From Lama glama (lineage: Eukaryota), in assembly GCA_028534125.1 (NCBI GenBank), contig CM052818.1, positions 48,114,001 to 48,178,000 on the forward strand: DNA of 64,000 bases, written 5' to 3'. Made by a program: the position numbers and the translations under genes. The notes beneath the pieces were generated by a model. The model worked only from the letters and a program-made list of their open reading frames with translations. It was not told the DNA's origin and searched no databases. Each line of letters opens with the position of its first letter. Position 1 is the first letter of the stretch. Of this stretch, positions 38,487 to 51,900 are shown piece after piece.

Positions 38487-38572
38487 AAGAGAGAGGGTGG
38501 AGCTCAGTGGTAGAGCACAAGCTTACAGGGTCCTGGGTTCAGTCCCCAGTGCCTCCATTAAAAAAAAAAAAG
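38487..38572 (+). mobile_element. tRNA-derived SINE, Vic-1-like, internally deleted
   Basis: gagggtggagctcagtggtagagcac...gtcctgggttcagtccccagtgcctccattaaaaaaa. Confidence 0.85.
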
Positions 38573-38899
38573 GGGGGGGAAACACTTTTTAAGTGGATCG
38601 CTTTCTCTTCCCATGTCACCTGGGGTGCTCACTGACCACTTTATCACTATTTTAAGGCTAAAAAGAGAGACAAAGTTGAGATAATCTCCTGTCAGCTTCT
38701 GAGCATTTGCTCCTCAATACCAGCAGCCTCAATCCATCAAGAAAGGCTTGGTTACAAATGGGAGGACTCTGAACAGAGCAGAGCAGGTCGGGGGAGCAGG
38801 TGATGATTCCAGGGACTCTCTGTGTGAGGTGTTTACCTGCATGTTACCTGGTCCAGACCAGAAAGGACACAGGGGAGGACCTGGCCAGCATCGTTCCCT

Positions 38900-40460
38900 C
38901 CCAGTCACACATCTTCAGCCAAGGCGTCTGCAAATACCAGGCGAATACAAGCTCACAAAGATGAATAAGAAGACATTTTGAGACCACTAACTGAACACCT
39001 TATTCCAGACATAGCATAAATATGAAAGCAGAGAGATTAGGAATTTACAGTCAACTTTCTTAGGGAAAATACCTTATATTTGAAGCAAGAACAAGTAATT
39101 ACAAAGTAGTTATTAAGTATGTCTAAAAATATAATTAAAATAAAAACATTAATAGTTGGGTCCATTAAAAGCGATATGGCTAAAAACCAAATGAATGACT
39201 TACAAGACTAGATCAAACAGTTCCTAAAGGCATAGAGAAAGAAAAAGAGTTAGAATAGCAAAAATAAATAAAAATACAGAAATGAAAAGTTAAAGTAGAT
39301 GCAGGAGGTGATCCTACTTTTGAGAACAGAATTGGGAGAGAATAGAAAGGCCAGAAAACTGTCTAAGGGATGCTCTAGAAAGATCACAAAAATAATCTAT
39401 CCATTTCTTATAGAGTTAAATTAACACACAAACCAAAAAACCTCTTCAAGGTCATTACCTGTAAGAAGTAGAACCATGTCCACACACCACACAACAATTT
39501 GTATGTGGATGATTATGTCAGACTTAGTCACAATAGTCAAAAATTGGAAACAATTCTAATGTCTATCGATAGGTAAACTGATAAACAGAATGCAGTACAT
39601 CCATGCACTGGAACACTATACAGCAAAGAAAATGAACAGATCATCAATACATATAACAACGTGGATGTATTCCAAGATCACCAAGCTAAACAGAAGGAGT
39701 TAGATATAAAAAGTGAATGCTACATGATTCCATTGCAATGGAATTCAACAAAAGACAGAGCCAATCCACAGAGACAGAAAGCAAATGAGTGGTTGCCTGG
39801 AATTGGAGACAGAGGAAGTCTGACAGCAAAGACACATGAAAGAACGTTTTGGGTGATGGGAGGTATCGTGAACGTTGTTGTGGTTACAAGAACTACACTC
39901 ACTGTGACATTTACTGAAAAATACTTCATCTTATGACACGTCATTATTCCTTACTACAATTTGTGTGTATGTATATCTATGTGTGTGTGTGTATATATAT
40001 ATATATATACACACATATATATATACCCCAATAATTTATTTTCTGCCAAAACTCTCCAGAGAAACAGAAAGATTGAATGAAGTAGATGAGGAAAATTTTT
40101 CAAACTTGAATCAAATGAAAAAAAAAGTGTGAAAATTTAAAAATGGTCTAAATAGACCTTACAGCAAGAAACTGCTTATATATGTATAATATATATGGAC
40201 TAACTAAATATTACCTAACTAAATTAAACTGTTTATAAAACCATAATAAGACATTTCAGCATCCGAAAATCTCATCAGCAAGTTCATATAGTGGAATAAA
40301 AGATGGAAAATTACATGAAGATTTCAAGAGAGGCAGAATAAAGTATTTAATAAAAGTCAACATTAAAAAAAATCTCAGAAGACTAGAAGGGGAAGGGTTA
40401 TACATAAAAGTTCTATGATTTTATATAAAAATCCTACAGAAAACCTCAGAAGCAATGATG
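38900..40460 (+). mobile_element. Cluster of old L1M fragments; clear ORF2 end and 3' UTR at about 39470-39930
   Basis: cacaatagtcaaaaattggaaacaattctaatgtctatcgataggtaaactgataaac...atgattccattgcaatggaattc...gagtggttgcctgg; flanking pieces less certain. Confidence 0.65.
39962..40025 (+). repeat. Compound (TG)n(TA)n(CA)n microsatellite
   Basis: Directly visible. Confidence 0.9.
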
Positions 40461-42414
40461 CATCTTTGATTTCAGCTCTGACTTTACAGAAGTGAATATT
40501 TTGTTTAATTATTTGAGTTCAGAGCTATGAGATCTTTATTTGCTACATGGAAACTTCTTAATTGTTTTGTTTTATTTTTATGGTGTTCATTCCTATATCA
40601 TTTGACCAATTTATTTTAGTATATATCCAGTAATTAAAAGGACTCAGGCAAAATCCTCTTTGATTTCTGTTTGCTTTTGAGTAAAGTTCGTTTTTCCTGG
40701 ATGATCAATTTTTCCGAGTGTGATGTTGGAGGAGGCTGGGCAGATAAGGAAGCATTCAGAGGGGACAAATGGGCAGCACCCCTGAGTCCCGTGGCATCAC
40801 ACAGAGTTTCAGCTATGGTGACCAGCACAGAGTAGCTCTCTGTCAGGAAAAGAAATCTAGTCCCTGATGGGAGTTTAAAGAATAAGAATAGATCACCATT
40901 TCCAGGTAAATACATTAGGGACTCCTTTGCCAGCATCATAAAGCCTTATTTTTCATAAAACTGTAGAAGCCTAATTAACGGGAACTGGATGACCTGGTCA
41001 TCTAAGGATTAAGAGCAAGGCTGACAATGTTAGACTCTTGGGCTTTGAATCAGCTCTTTTTTAAATAATTTCTCCTAAAAGGAGAAATAAAAGCTTCTGA
41101 AGACATGTGACAAGTCTCTGGCTGCCGTAAGAGGAGGGCCCCAAAAGCCTGATGTGTGCTACCTGAATGCAGGTCTGTGCACTGAAATCTCCAAGGAAGC
41201 TTGATGAATTCCAATTCTGGCCCTTCTAACAGCATATTCCAACAGAAATCACACCCTCCCAATAGACATCAAGTGAACACTTCCAGCCAGAAGAAAGCAG
41301 CATACTTCACGTGGGGAGAATGAGGGTGTTGCCATGACAACGATGGAGCGTGCTTTAATAGATGGCTGACTTGAATGCCGTGCAGAGCTTCTGGGCTCCG
41401 TGGTCTTAGCTGAAATTCTGGGAACCTGTCTGCTGTCTCACATCCTGAAAATCATAGAAAATGTGGTTACTCTGCCCCTCAAAGTGTGACCCAGTGAGAC
41501 ACACCCCTTTCACATTAATCCTGGGGTCTGTTTCAAAACGGATTATCTGTCTGTCTGTCTACATGTCTTTGGAAGGCTGTGCAGTGCCACTCACTTGTAT
41601 ACTGTGCTGGATGGCTTGAGCCTCCGTAAGTCTCTTCAAATTCTTCTACAGTTGGAGCCAGGATTTAAGCTGTCTTTATATAAATTCTTCTTTTCTTCAG
41701 TTGGAACCAAATTTTAAGTCTGTCTTGATATATGTTTAAAAGCTCCTTGAGCAAAAACTTTCCTCCAATGCTTTGGTCAGTCCCACGCTCCAATTTTTGT
41801 TTAATGTGAATATTCTATTCTTTCTTTGAAGGAATTATTGAATTAAAAATAAACACCCTAAACCTAATACTGGAGTCCATAACCAATTAACTATAGTAAA
41901 AAACAAATCTTCAAATCAGCTAGTTTTGACCACCTACATAGAACTTGCATAAGGATAACAGAAAACATTAGGCATTTTTGTACAAATCATCTCATTTATT
42001 TTCTGAGCAGTATTTGAATAGTCACTTACAATGGTGTAACGTAGCCTGAGAGGCTGGAACAATGCGTAGCGCAACGGAGGCTCTCAACACATCGCTTTTG
42101 AATGCATGATCTGACCCTCACTTTACTTGTATCTGACATTAATCCCAGAACTGAGATTTGAACTCAAGTACCCTGATTTCAGAGGCAATACTTTGACTCA
42201 CTGTGCACACTGTCTGCTGAATGCTCTTGTTTAATTGCGGTTTTATTTTGTTTTGCATTAAAGTTAACTTGTTTCCCTTCTCTGCTGATTGGGAAGATTT
42301 CCGGGGATGGAGACGGTGACCCGCAGGTTTGCTTCCCTTCATAGAGCAGAGGGTGTGATGGGGAAAACACACGAGTTTTAGACTAACACCAGGTTTGAGT
42401 TTCAGCGTGGACAC

Positions 42415-42774
42415 TGTTATGGGCTATTCAAGTCCCCCCAAACCCTCAGATTTGTGTGCTGGAGCCCTAACCCTCAGGACCTCGGGATGTGACGTTATGT
42501 GGACGTAGAGCCTTTAAAGTGGTAATTAATTTAAAAGGAGCCTGTTGATATGGGCTCTAACCCAATGTGACTGGTTTCCTTATAACAAGAGGAAGAGACA
42601 CCACGGGGCTCTGAGCACATAGAAAAGACCGTGTAAGGATGGAGAGAGACGATGCCCAGGGACAGAGGCCTCAGGAGACCCAACCTGACCTTGGGCTTCC
42701 AGCCTCCAAAACCGTGAGACGTGTCCCTTGTCCACGGTATTTTGTTGCTCTGACAGCCTGAGCAAACTGAGACA
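42415..42774 (+). mobile_element. MLT1B-like MaLR solo LTR
   Basis: tgttatgggct...ccctaaccctcaggacctcgggatgtgac...gcctttaaagtggtaattaa...ttccagcctccaaaaccgtgaga...gcaaactgagaca. Confidence 0.85.
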
Positions 42775-43369
42775 GTAGTTAGTTTCTTACTAACGTCCTG
42801 CTCTCAGACAAGTTGCTACATTATTCTGTGCCACAATTTTCACACCCACAGGACTCTGGATGATGGCTGGAAGGTTCTAGAGATGAAATACGAAAAGCCT
42901 ATGGCACATCCTGACACATACTGCTGGTTATTACCGCTTTTATGCTATTTTTATCATAAAGGTATTGGATCCCACTAGCGAAGATGGAGTTCATAGTATC
43001 ACACGTCTATAAGCCGCCCTGCTGTGTGCTGAAGTACTAGACACACTGCACACTCTCACGCAAAAATATAAGCCGTTTCAGATCAGCACTTGACACACAT
43101 AACTATTTTACTATTTTATATATTAAATAACTTTCTCTTTTCCCACTTTCTAGGAACACGTGACGATTGGGCAGGCCTCCATAGGTGGTGTGTGCAACCA
43201 TGTCACCTGGTAAAATGACAATCCGCGACCACTTAGAGGTGGACACTCCTGACCTGATGACAGGGTCCATTTTCCCTCGTATGTTGGCCTTTGACAGCTT
43301 GTTCTCCAATTTGAACTGGTCGCCAGTTCATTTTTACAGCTTTGGGACTACAGATAACACTGGGCTGTG

Positions 43370-43570
43370 GTAGATTTAAAAGCTGCTAAAAAAAAGAGTA
43401 GATCCAAAAGTTTCCATCACAAGGAAAAACTAAACTTTTTTTGACTCTATAAGGATGCTAACTAGACTTGTTTTGGTAACCATTTAACAATATATGTATG
43501 TCCAGTCATTATGGTGTATGCCTTAAAGTAATACAGAGCTGTATGTCAACTATATTTCAATAAAACTAGA
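43370..43570 (+). mobile_element. L1MA-like 3' end
   Basis: aaagctgctaa...gagtagatccaaaagtttccatcacaagg...tgtatgtcaactatatttcaataaaact. Confidence 0.75.
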
Positions 43571-44953
43571 ATCAAAGAACAAACAAAAAAATACAAAAAT
43601 CAAGATGACTTGCTGATTCAGAGTGGGAGACAGGGAACAGAGTGGAGAGTACGAGCAGGAAGACGAAAGCAAACTGGCCCTGTACGGGATGAAACCAAGA
43701 GCAAGTTAGTGCTGCATAACATGCATGCCTTGAATGTCAGCCTGCCGAGAAGGTAATGGATGGGTAAGTGTGTCATTGTCATAAAGACAAGACACAGAAA
43801 AGGGCAAGCAGGGAAGATTGGAGGGTGCTATGAGCAGGAGTAGCTAAGCATCCATTCTATGCAAGGACGAGAGCTGAGCAAATGTGACCTGGGGATGTAT
43901 GAACCCATAATAAATGGATTTTAGAGGCATTCTTTCTGGCTTGCCTGGACTTGAAGCAGGCTGGGTCCATTATACACTGAGAGGGGCCTGATGGTAATGA
44001 TTTACCCTTGAGATCTCAGGTGACTCAGCCAATGCAATTCTTCCTTTGTCTCACTAACGTGTCCCTCTCTTACACAATTATTTACTAGCTTCTTCAGCTA
44101 GATTCTTCATTCTTTATGGCCAGCCCTCTCATGTTACCATTATTACTCTCTTGTTCTTCCACACTGAAGCCCTCCTGCTACCAAAATCAGAACATCTCTG
44201 TCATTTACAATAATGCTTTGAGTTTTATTCATTTCAAGGTAATACAGCCCAGGAGAAACTCTTTGTATCACTTAAGTGCTATTTGGCAGAGCCACCAGAA
44301 GAAAGGGAAAAATTGGAAGCCTGTTATCTGTGCAGCCTGAAAACAATCCCTTCTGTTTTGACTTGAAAGGCAGCTGGCTCACAGAGCTACTTTTTCCCAG
44401 GAAGAGCTTTTTCTCTTTTCTAAAGGTAAACGCCACATAGATCTCTTAGACCCTGAAAATGGGATCACGGACACAATGCACTAGTGTCTGACAGTCACTG
44501 ACATGAAGGCATGATCAGATTAAGAAGACTCAGAAAATCTAATAATGTGGTCCTTGTTAAAGTACATACGTGTCCTCCACATTCTGTTCAGACCCGATTC
44601 ATCTGAAAGTCGGAAAGGTACTGTCTTTGTAGGTTCTCATATATTTGTATTTAATAGAATTTCTGATTATTTGGAAACATGAGTTGCCCTATACATGTAA
44701 GTAATTTGATTTTTATATTGATTATTAATTAGAGAAAGAATCAAAAAAAGTAACATTTCAGTCCAAGGATAGTTCTTTGCCCACTTAGCTTTCTCCATGA
44801 TGCTTTTGTAAGACATTTGGTCTTTGTACCATGGTATCGGCAATGGCTTGAATTTAAAATATTGAAACTGGAAGACTCTGAAATGTACCTAAAAGGGACA
44901 AGACTTTTCAAAGGAACATTGTAAATGTTGAAATATTTTCGACAGATATAGGT

Positions 44954-44985
<32 letters not shown>

Positions 44986-46249
44986 CACTCACACATATAT
45001 TATTTCACCATATGTTAGAATTTGTGTTGAAAATTCTACACTTTTTTTTTGCTCTTAAGAATTTAATGTCTAACTCTGCATTTCTCTCTGCACAGCTTAA
45101 AAGAATTTTGTATTTATCCTGAGTCATCTTTCCCTTCTTGCTTCCATTAAAAAAAAAAAATCACCAAATGTCTCCAAATCATAGCCCACACCTAAGTTAC
45201 TCATGTTTCATGATAAATTCTTTGCCGTGTGATTTCCGCCACGTATTGTCAGGGTTGTCTCATCGGTGACTCCAGGAGACAAGTGTGCATTTTGCATAAA
45301 TAGTCATCTGGAGACCCACACGTTGGTCGCGTCCGCATTCTCCAGGCGCTAGTGATGGATGGACTGCCCAGTCAAATAGCTCTTCTTCGCTCTCACTGTC
45401 TTGGCCTCTGTACCCCACACGTTCTTCCTTTGAACACTTGTCTTGGTTTTGGTTGATGATTTACCCCTTTGAACTGTGTTCCCTTTCTCACTAGGGGTCA
45501 GGTCTCACCAAACTTCTCCAATGCTTCTTCCTTTATTTCCTCTGATTTTTCCCCTTTTACAACAACAAATGATGAGCCCTCCTACTGCCAATCTCCAGCT
45601 CCATCCTTGATAACTTGCACTGAGTGTCAGTATCACATCTCCACCCGTTTACTGGCAATTTCCCCTGAAATTAGCTCTCCCTCCCAAACGCCCCCCTCCC
45701 TCCAGCACACACACACACCACGTTCTACAGTCACGGTTCTCTCCTGGGGGTGGCAGCGTCCTCCCAGTAGCTCAGCCTTGAATTTTTGAAGCAATTTCTC
45801 TCCCTTTTATCGTTCCCACATGAGTAGTTATTTAAAGTCTATGCCATGTATTACGAACACTCATTTCTCCCAGATAAGGCTCTCGTCTTCAACCTGGCTA
45901 CCCGTCTCTAACCTCTTATCTTTTAGTAAGATTTTTGTCATTTTTTATTTTATCCATCAAAAATAAATGTCATATTTGGTTGATCAAATACCAGTACTGC
46001 TTCATGACAAAAATATTTTAAAAAATTGTAACTCTGAGAGGCCACGATTATACCAATTGACCAAGGCCAAGATTATACTAATTTCAAGATACTATAAAAA
46101 TAATGATAAAATTATTTGCAAAAACAACGTTAACTATGTGCATTGTGTATGATATATTTTTGCATTTGGATATTGGCTGTGAAGCATAATTTTAGGTCTA
46201 AAAAAAGTACAGAAATCAGAATCAGAACAATTCCATTTTTTGACCCAAT

Positions 46250-46642
46250 TTGTAGTCTGCTCAAGCTGCCATGACAAAGTATTGCCGGGCAGGTGGCTTA
46301 GACAACAGAATTCCTTTCACACATTTCTGGAGGCTAGAGGCTCAAGATCAAGGTGCTGGCAAGGTGGGTTTCATCCTGAGGTCTCTCCTCTCATCCTCTC
46401 CGCCTGCAGGCAGCCTCAGCTCTGTGTGCTCACATGACCTCCACTGTGCGCGCACGGAGAGAGAGAGAATTTCCTGGTGTTTTTCTTATAAGGACACTAG
46501 TCCTTTCAGATCAGGCCCCACTCTTATGATCTCATTTAACCTTCACTACTTCCTTAGAGACTCCGTCTTCAAGTGCAGCCACCCTGGGGTTAGGCTTCAG
46601 CATATGAACACCAGGGAAAACACAAACGTTCAGTCCATAAGA
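46250..46642 (-). mobile_element. MLT1A/B/C-like MaLR solo LTR
   Basis: gctgccatgacaaagta...ggtggcttagacaacagaa...ttctggaggctagaggctcaagatcaaggtgctggca...cttataaggacactagtcc...ttcagtccataa. Confidence 0.85.
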
Positions 46643-47489
46643 ACACAAGCACCAGAGCGCTGGGAGAGATGTACTGAAACAGGGAGACGTGGAGGTTAAC
46701 AGAGCAGAGTCCTTCTGCAAGAGCCGTGCCCGTGAGGAAGAGCAGACTGGACGTGGGTCAGAGGCAGGAGGGGCGTCTGCCGGGGGCGGGAACCCTCACG
46801 CACGTAGGAATGAAGCGTATGCGCCTCTGGCCTTTTTCTGCACACGCGCCTGTTTGTTTAGATGAATGGAACTCCTTTCTCACTGTTGCATTGGCTCTCT
46901 AGGCAAGGAGCTCTCTGACGTCAGAGAGAGCTGTTCCTGGAACAGTTAATCACCACAGATGAAGAAATCGAGCACCCTTCTGGCCAAACCCTAACAGTCA
47001 TTGCCTTTCCTCTGGCAAATTCGAGTGAATTCTGTAATGCTCCCTTTTCACTTTTCTTCCTTGACACAAGACCTCTACTGGTATCGGGAGTGAGGATTCC
47101 CAAGGCATCTGGAGAACAGAGAATTCGGTGTGACAGGACTCTGCTGGCTGGGAGGAAAAAATAACATATATATGCTCACAGGGAAATTACTTTCAGTGTC
47201 TCCTTCACCTGGATTTTGGTTTTCAGCTTCACCTCACGTGAAGACCAATGAGTGTCCTAGTCCTTGGCCGCATTCACGGTGGTGAGCTCTGCCTGGTTCA
47301 GTCCCAAGGAGAGGTTCCAGGAGGTAGGGAAGCTAGAGCTCTTAAAGATGACATCACTAGGACAAAAATGGGAGACTTGGTTCACGATTGCCCTGTTAAG
47401 AGGTGAAAAAGGTAAAAGCAGGCCCTGATGTTGGTTAGATGAAGAACGCAAATGCACCTCTTTACCCGAGTACCTCAGTGGGTGAAGAA

Positions 47490-47670
47490 TGGAGAACTGT
47501 ATTCAGTACCTTGTAATGGACTATAAAGAAAAAGAATATGAAAAAATGTATATATATATATAATATATATATATGTCATATATATATATATATATATAAA
47601 TGAATCACTCTAGTGTACTCCAGAAACTAATACAACATTGTCAATTGATATTTCAATTTAAAAAAAAAAG
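47490..47670 (+). mobile_element. L1 3' end with internal (TA)n
   Basis: tattcagtaccttgtaat...aatgaatcactctagtgtactccagaaactaatacaacattgt...ttcaatttaaaaaaaaa. Confidence 0.8.
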
Positions 47671-48479
47671 TAGATCAGACAGGCACATAGACAGGAGTAA
47701 TCCTGCCTTTGGCACATTGTGCACGTAGCTGACTTTTTATACAGTCTACTTGTGCCTAACTTATGAGAGTATTAGGAACAAAGATACTGGAAAGAATTAC
47801 AGAAGACTCATCATAAGAAGGAAGGTAAAGAAACAGACTGGGGTGGGGCAATGGGAAACAAGGTCTGATCCAGCCAAATACACCAGCAAAGGTCACCTCC
47901 CCAGACCTAGGCGTTTCCTAGAGCCAGAAATACTTGAAGCCCCAGTTCTAAGGAGAAGAGTGACTTCGGAGGCTGGAGTACTCCTTCCAATTACATAACT
48001 GATTTGAATTTTGGGATTAAATTTCATATACTTACTTTTTCTTAACCACAGGGGCACTGGACAATCTCTAATGCACATTTTAGTCTATTTGTTTTAATAA
48101 TGTCGATTTGTTTTCCTTTCCTCTAGTCCCACTGACTTCCTCCCGAGTGTCTACCTTCCTCCAGCACAGCACGGAGACACCGTCCGTGAGGAGGACGAGG
48201 GGCTTCCGGAGGCGCATGCGCGGGCTGACAGCTCAAGGTTCAGGGAAGGAAGAAATGTCTGCTGACGCCCACACCGAGAAACAGACGTTGGGAAAGATTT
48301 CTGGTCTTTAGGATTTCTTGAAAAAAAGAGAAGATTTTGAATAAAGTTTCTTTAATTCTATTTCTTCTTTCCAATAACCCTCTAAAATGAAGCATAGATA
48401 TATGTATGTATCTATACACATGCAGATATATTAAAAAAAAAGTCCCTGAGGAAATTAAAATAATTTTGGAAAAGAAGAA

Positions 48480-48990
48480 AGGGTACGTTCCCTGCACATT
48501 TTCAAAATTTATTTTAAAGCTATAATCGTCAAGATAGCGCGGTACTAGTGTAAGGGCAGATGTATAGATCAATGGAGCAGAATTTGTGATGTTAATGGAA
48601 GAGAATTGAGAGTCAGAAAATGAATCCATATATTGATAGTCAATTGATTTTTGACCAAGACACCAAAGCGATCTATTAGGGAAAGAACAGACTATTCAAC
48701 AACTGGAGATGGGACAACTGGGTCTCCACGTGCCAAAGGAGGGAAGTAGACCTTCCTGTCAGCCGTGCAGATGAACCCATGACTGACCACGTGATTACAT
48801 GGAAGCACTAAAACAATGGGACTTTTGGGAAAAAAACAGGAGAAAATCTTTAAGTTGTTGGGTTCAACAAAGATTTCTTAGATGCTATCCCAAAAGCGTA
48901 GTATAAAATAAAATTAAAATTAAGATGACAAAATTTTGCGCTTCAGAAACTCAATTAGAAAAAAGATGCAAGCAGTAGACTCGGGGACAT
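48480..48990 (+). mobile_element. Old L1M ORF2 remnant
   Basis: aaagctataatcgtcaagatagcgcggtactag...tagatcaatggagcagaat...caattgatttttgaccaagacaccaaag...aaagatttcttagat. Confidence 0.75.
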
Positions 48991-51900
48991 GTTTTCCCTC
49001 ATGACACTGTCAGATTGTATTTTCGCCTTCTTGAAAGTACAACTTCCCTTCTCATGCAGGTGTAATGCAGACGTTTCAGTGCAGTGTTGAGTGAACGCTC
49101 TCCAGCGCCCATTGCTTCTCACCCCCGTTAGCCTAACCCTTCTCTCTCCTCCATCCTAGTGCTCATGACGGTGTGAGGACATCTGTTCTTGTCCCTGATC
49201 CTTTGCTTATGCTCTTGCTTCAGTCATGAATGACTCCTATTCCTCTGCCTTTTCTGATGGATTCAAAACCAAACTAAGATGCCATCACCTGGTGAATCCC
49301 CTTTCTCCCACTCAGGAGCAGGCTTTTCCTCTTATCAATGGACCCCTGGGCTTTTGCTAGTCATGGGGAATTTCTTAAACCTAGTACTGTTCTGTACTTC
49401 TTCACATACATATCTTTTTTTTTTCCGATAGATTTTATACTTTTTAGACAAGGACAATTTCACATCCAGCTCTGAATCTTCCCCAGAGCTTCACATGGAG
49501 TTTCCTACAGAAGGAATTCAGAAAAAGTCTTACCCATGGGCAGAAGAAGGAAGAGGGTTCAGAAGAAACCACGGGAGGAAATTAAGGAGAAGGGTTTAAG
49601 TTTCAAGGGGAGGCTCTAAGATGGTTGCTTAAAGGAAAGAGATATACCTGAGAAATGGTCTGTGGGCCAAAGGGAGGTAAGTCCAGGGTTCCACACCCAG
49701 CACAGACTCCGGAGATGGTTCTGTTTGTGCAAATAGAAATTTAGGAAAAGTAAAAAAAAAATGCCTTCCAGGAAAAATGGTGCATTTAAAAATTAAATAC
49801 TATTGTTAAATGATTTCAGGACTAGCCAAGGTCCGATGCCTAGTGTGAGAAGGCACTAAGTTAGCAGCTGGGGGTGAAGATGTGGACAGGAGAATCCTCT
49901 TGGAAGGTAAAGCCTCAGTTCCACACTTTGAGTCTGTGGTAGTAAGAGCTCTGCTCTTTCCCTGGGCATCCCACTCTCAAACTTCTAAGACCTTCCTGTA
50001 TCGCCTTCATTTCTCTCGCCAGACCATACCTCATGTATGCGTGCTCCTTCTAGTCACTTGCTTTGCACCGTATCTGAGACAACGCTCTGAGTCCCCAGGA
50101 CTTTATAAGAGGCTGGCAGACACGACGTCTGGTCTGCGCACGCCGACTTGCACAGTGTGAAGAGCTGCAGGGCTGGGGACGTGCAGAGGCCCGCTTGGCA
50201 CTGACGTCCCTCCACTCAGTGAGACCTTGAACTACGCTCTAAAGCCCTGGGTAGCTCGGAGCACAGTCTGTTGTGAATAATGACCTGCCTTCTCTGGAGA
50301 TTGCGAGCTTCTGAAATGGAAGGATGGGGTCTAGTTCCACTTCGTGTCTCCCTGATGTCTGCACAGCCCTGGCCTACAGAACTTTCTCTCGTCAGGTGGA
50401 GAACTTGTTGGACATGTGGGGACAGTAGGCTCGTTTGTGGCTTTGAGTGATTTCCGGGTGTCTTGTCACCGCCTGGTTGTCTGATTGGTGGGCTGTGACA
50501 AACGCAACATCACATTGTGGGTGATAGTACCCGTGTCTGGTGAGATAAACACGGCCGGCTAATCAGGGCTGGGGAATAAATAACCTGTGAGGTTCACCTT
50601 AGAAAAGGGATGACTTACATACTAGAACCAATCAGCCAGGAGGATCAGATGCTGAACTGAGGGCCTGCAACGTGTTCAGGTAGATCGGTACAGCTCACTG
50701 TCAAAAACATGGGCTCATCTTGGAGACTTAGGTCTGAAAGTCAGCAGGGAGTTGGCAGAATCTGCCGCCACAGGAAGGGTGGATTGCCTGTTGGCGGACA
50801 CGTCACCTAAGTATACGGAGTGGACCAGCGTGAGAAGCTATGAGACCGCCCATGTTTACAGAACCAGCAGCAGCGGAGAAAAGAAGAAACATGGATGGAG
50901 AGGTTGAGCAGACCCGGGGGGAGCTCCCAGGGGGCAAGGGCGGAGGAGGTTAGGAGCAAGCAGAATTCCAGGCAAGAGGAACGCATCACTATGCGGAGCG
51001 GAGGCCAAAAACTACCTTCGCCCTGGGAAAATCGCGTTCGGAAGGACTCGTTTGTTGTTTCTTTCTGGAAGAGGAAAGGGGAGCAGGTGTGCGATGAGTT
51101 CTCATGGTGGGAAGGAAACCTCTGTGGCCGTGATGCCTGACGGAAAGGACCGGGAAGCTCAGGCGGACACGTCCATGGCATCGGCGATAAGATGCTGGAA
51201 TGCCAAGGGCCTTGGTGAGGAGGCCTGCGGTGAGGAGAATCTGGGAAACGAGAGCCCGGAAGCACTGAGCGCATTTTAATCAGACAGGTCTGCGGGCACC
51301 CAAAGCTGGAAGGGCAGGAAGTGTAAGGGGGTGCGGCCGGGTCAGCCCTGGGTGGCCCCGCAGGCATGTGGGAGGCAGATGGGAGCAACCCCCAAAGGCA
51401 GAAAGCAGGCCTCGTAACTAGGGATGGACTTAAAGAATTAGCACCATTTAGAGGGAAAGGAGCGGCCTAGAGCAGGGAAGGAGCTAGAAGAAGAGACGGA
51501 GCTGAGCCAGCAGGAACGCACCATCAGCATGAGGAGGGGGAGAAGGCTGGTCACGCGTGGCTGTGAAGGGGGCAGATATTGTGTGTGTGTGTGTGTACAT
51601 ATATATACACAGCACTGGTGATTTAATTGAAATCCTCTCTTTACAAAGGAAAAAAGTGCAACGGGGATGTGGTAATTAGACAGAATGCCACCTGCGGTCA
51701 GTGCAGGGAAAAAGAAATTAAAATAGATGAGAAAGGTGAAGGAGCAGTTTGAAAGCATAAAGGGGTAACGTAGATGCATGAGTGTGTGCAAGCCTGCAGG
51801 CTGGCTAGAAGAGCTTCAGTGGTCCCCTTGCTGGGACCCTTCCGGGCTCCGTGGGTGCCAAGTAGACATCTCAGTGTGGAAGAGACAGACCGACGCTGGG

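Noticed and set aside
24340..38572. tRNA-like A/B-box sequences, five copies
   Set aside because: These are SINE heads with A-rich tails and TSDs, not cloverleaf tRNA genes
50807..51388. Longest ORF in the track (193 aa, minus strand)
   Set aside because: P/S/F-rich product of a purine-biased, probably L2-derived region; no domain or splice support
51439..51449. TAGCACCATTT equals the 5' end of miR-29b/c
   Set aside because: The rest of the mature sequence and the complementary arm are absent
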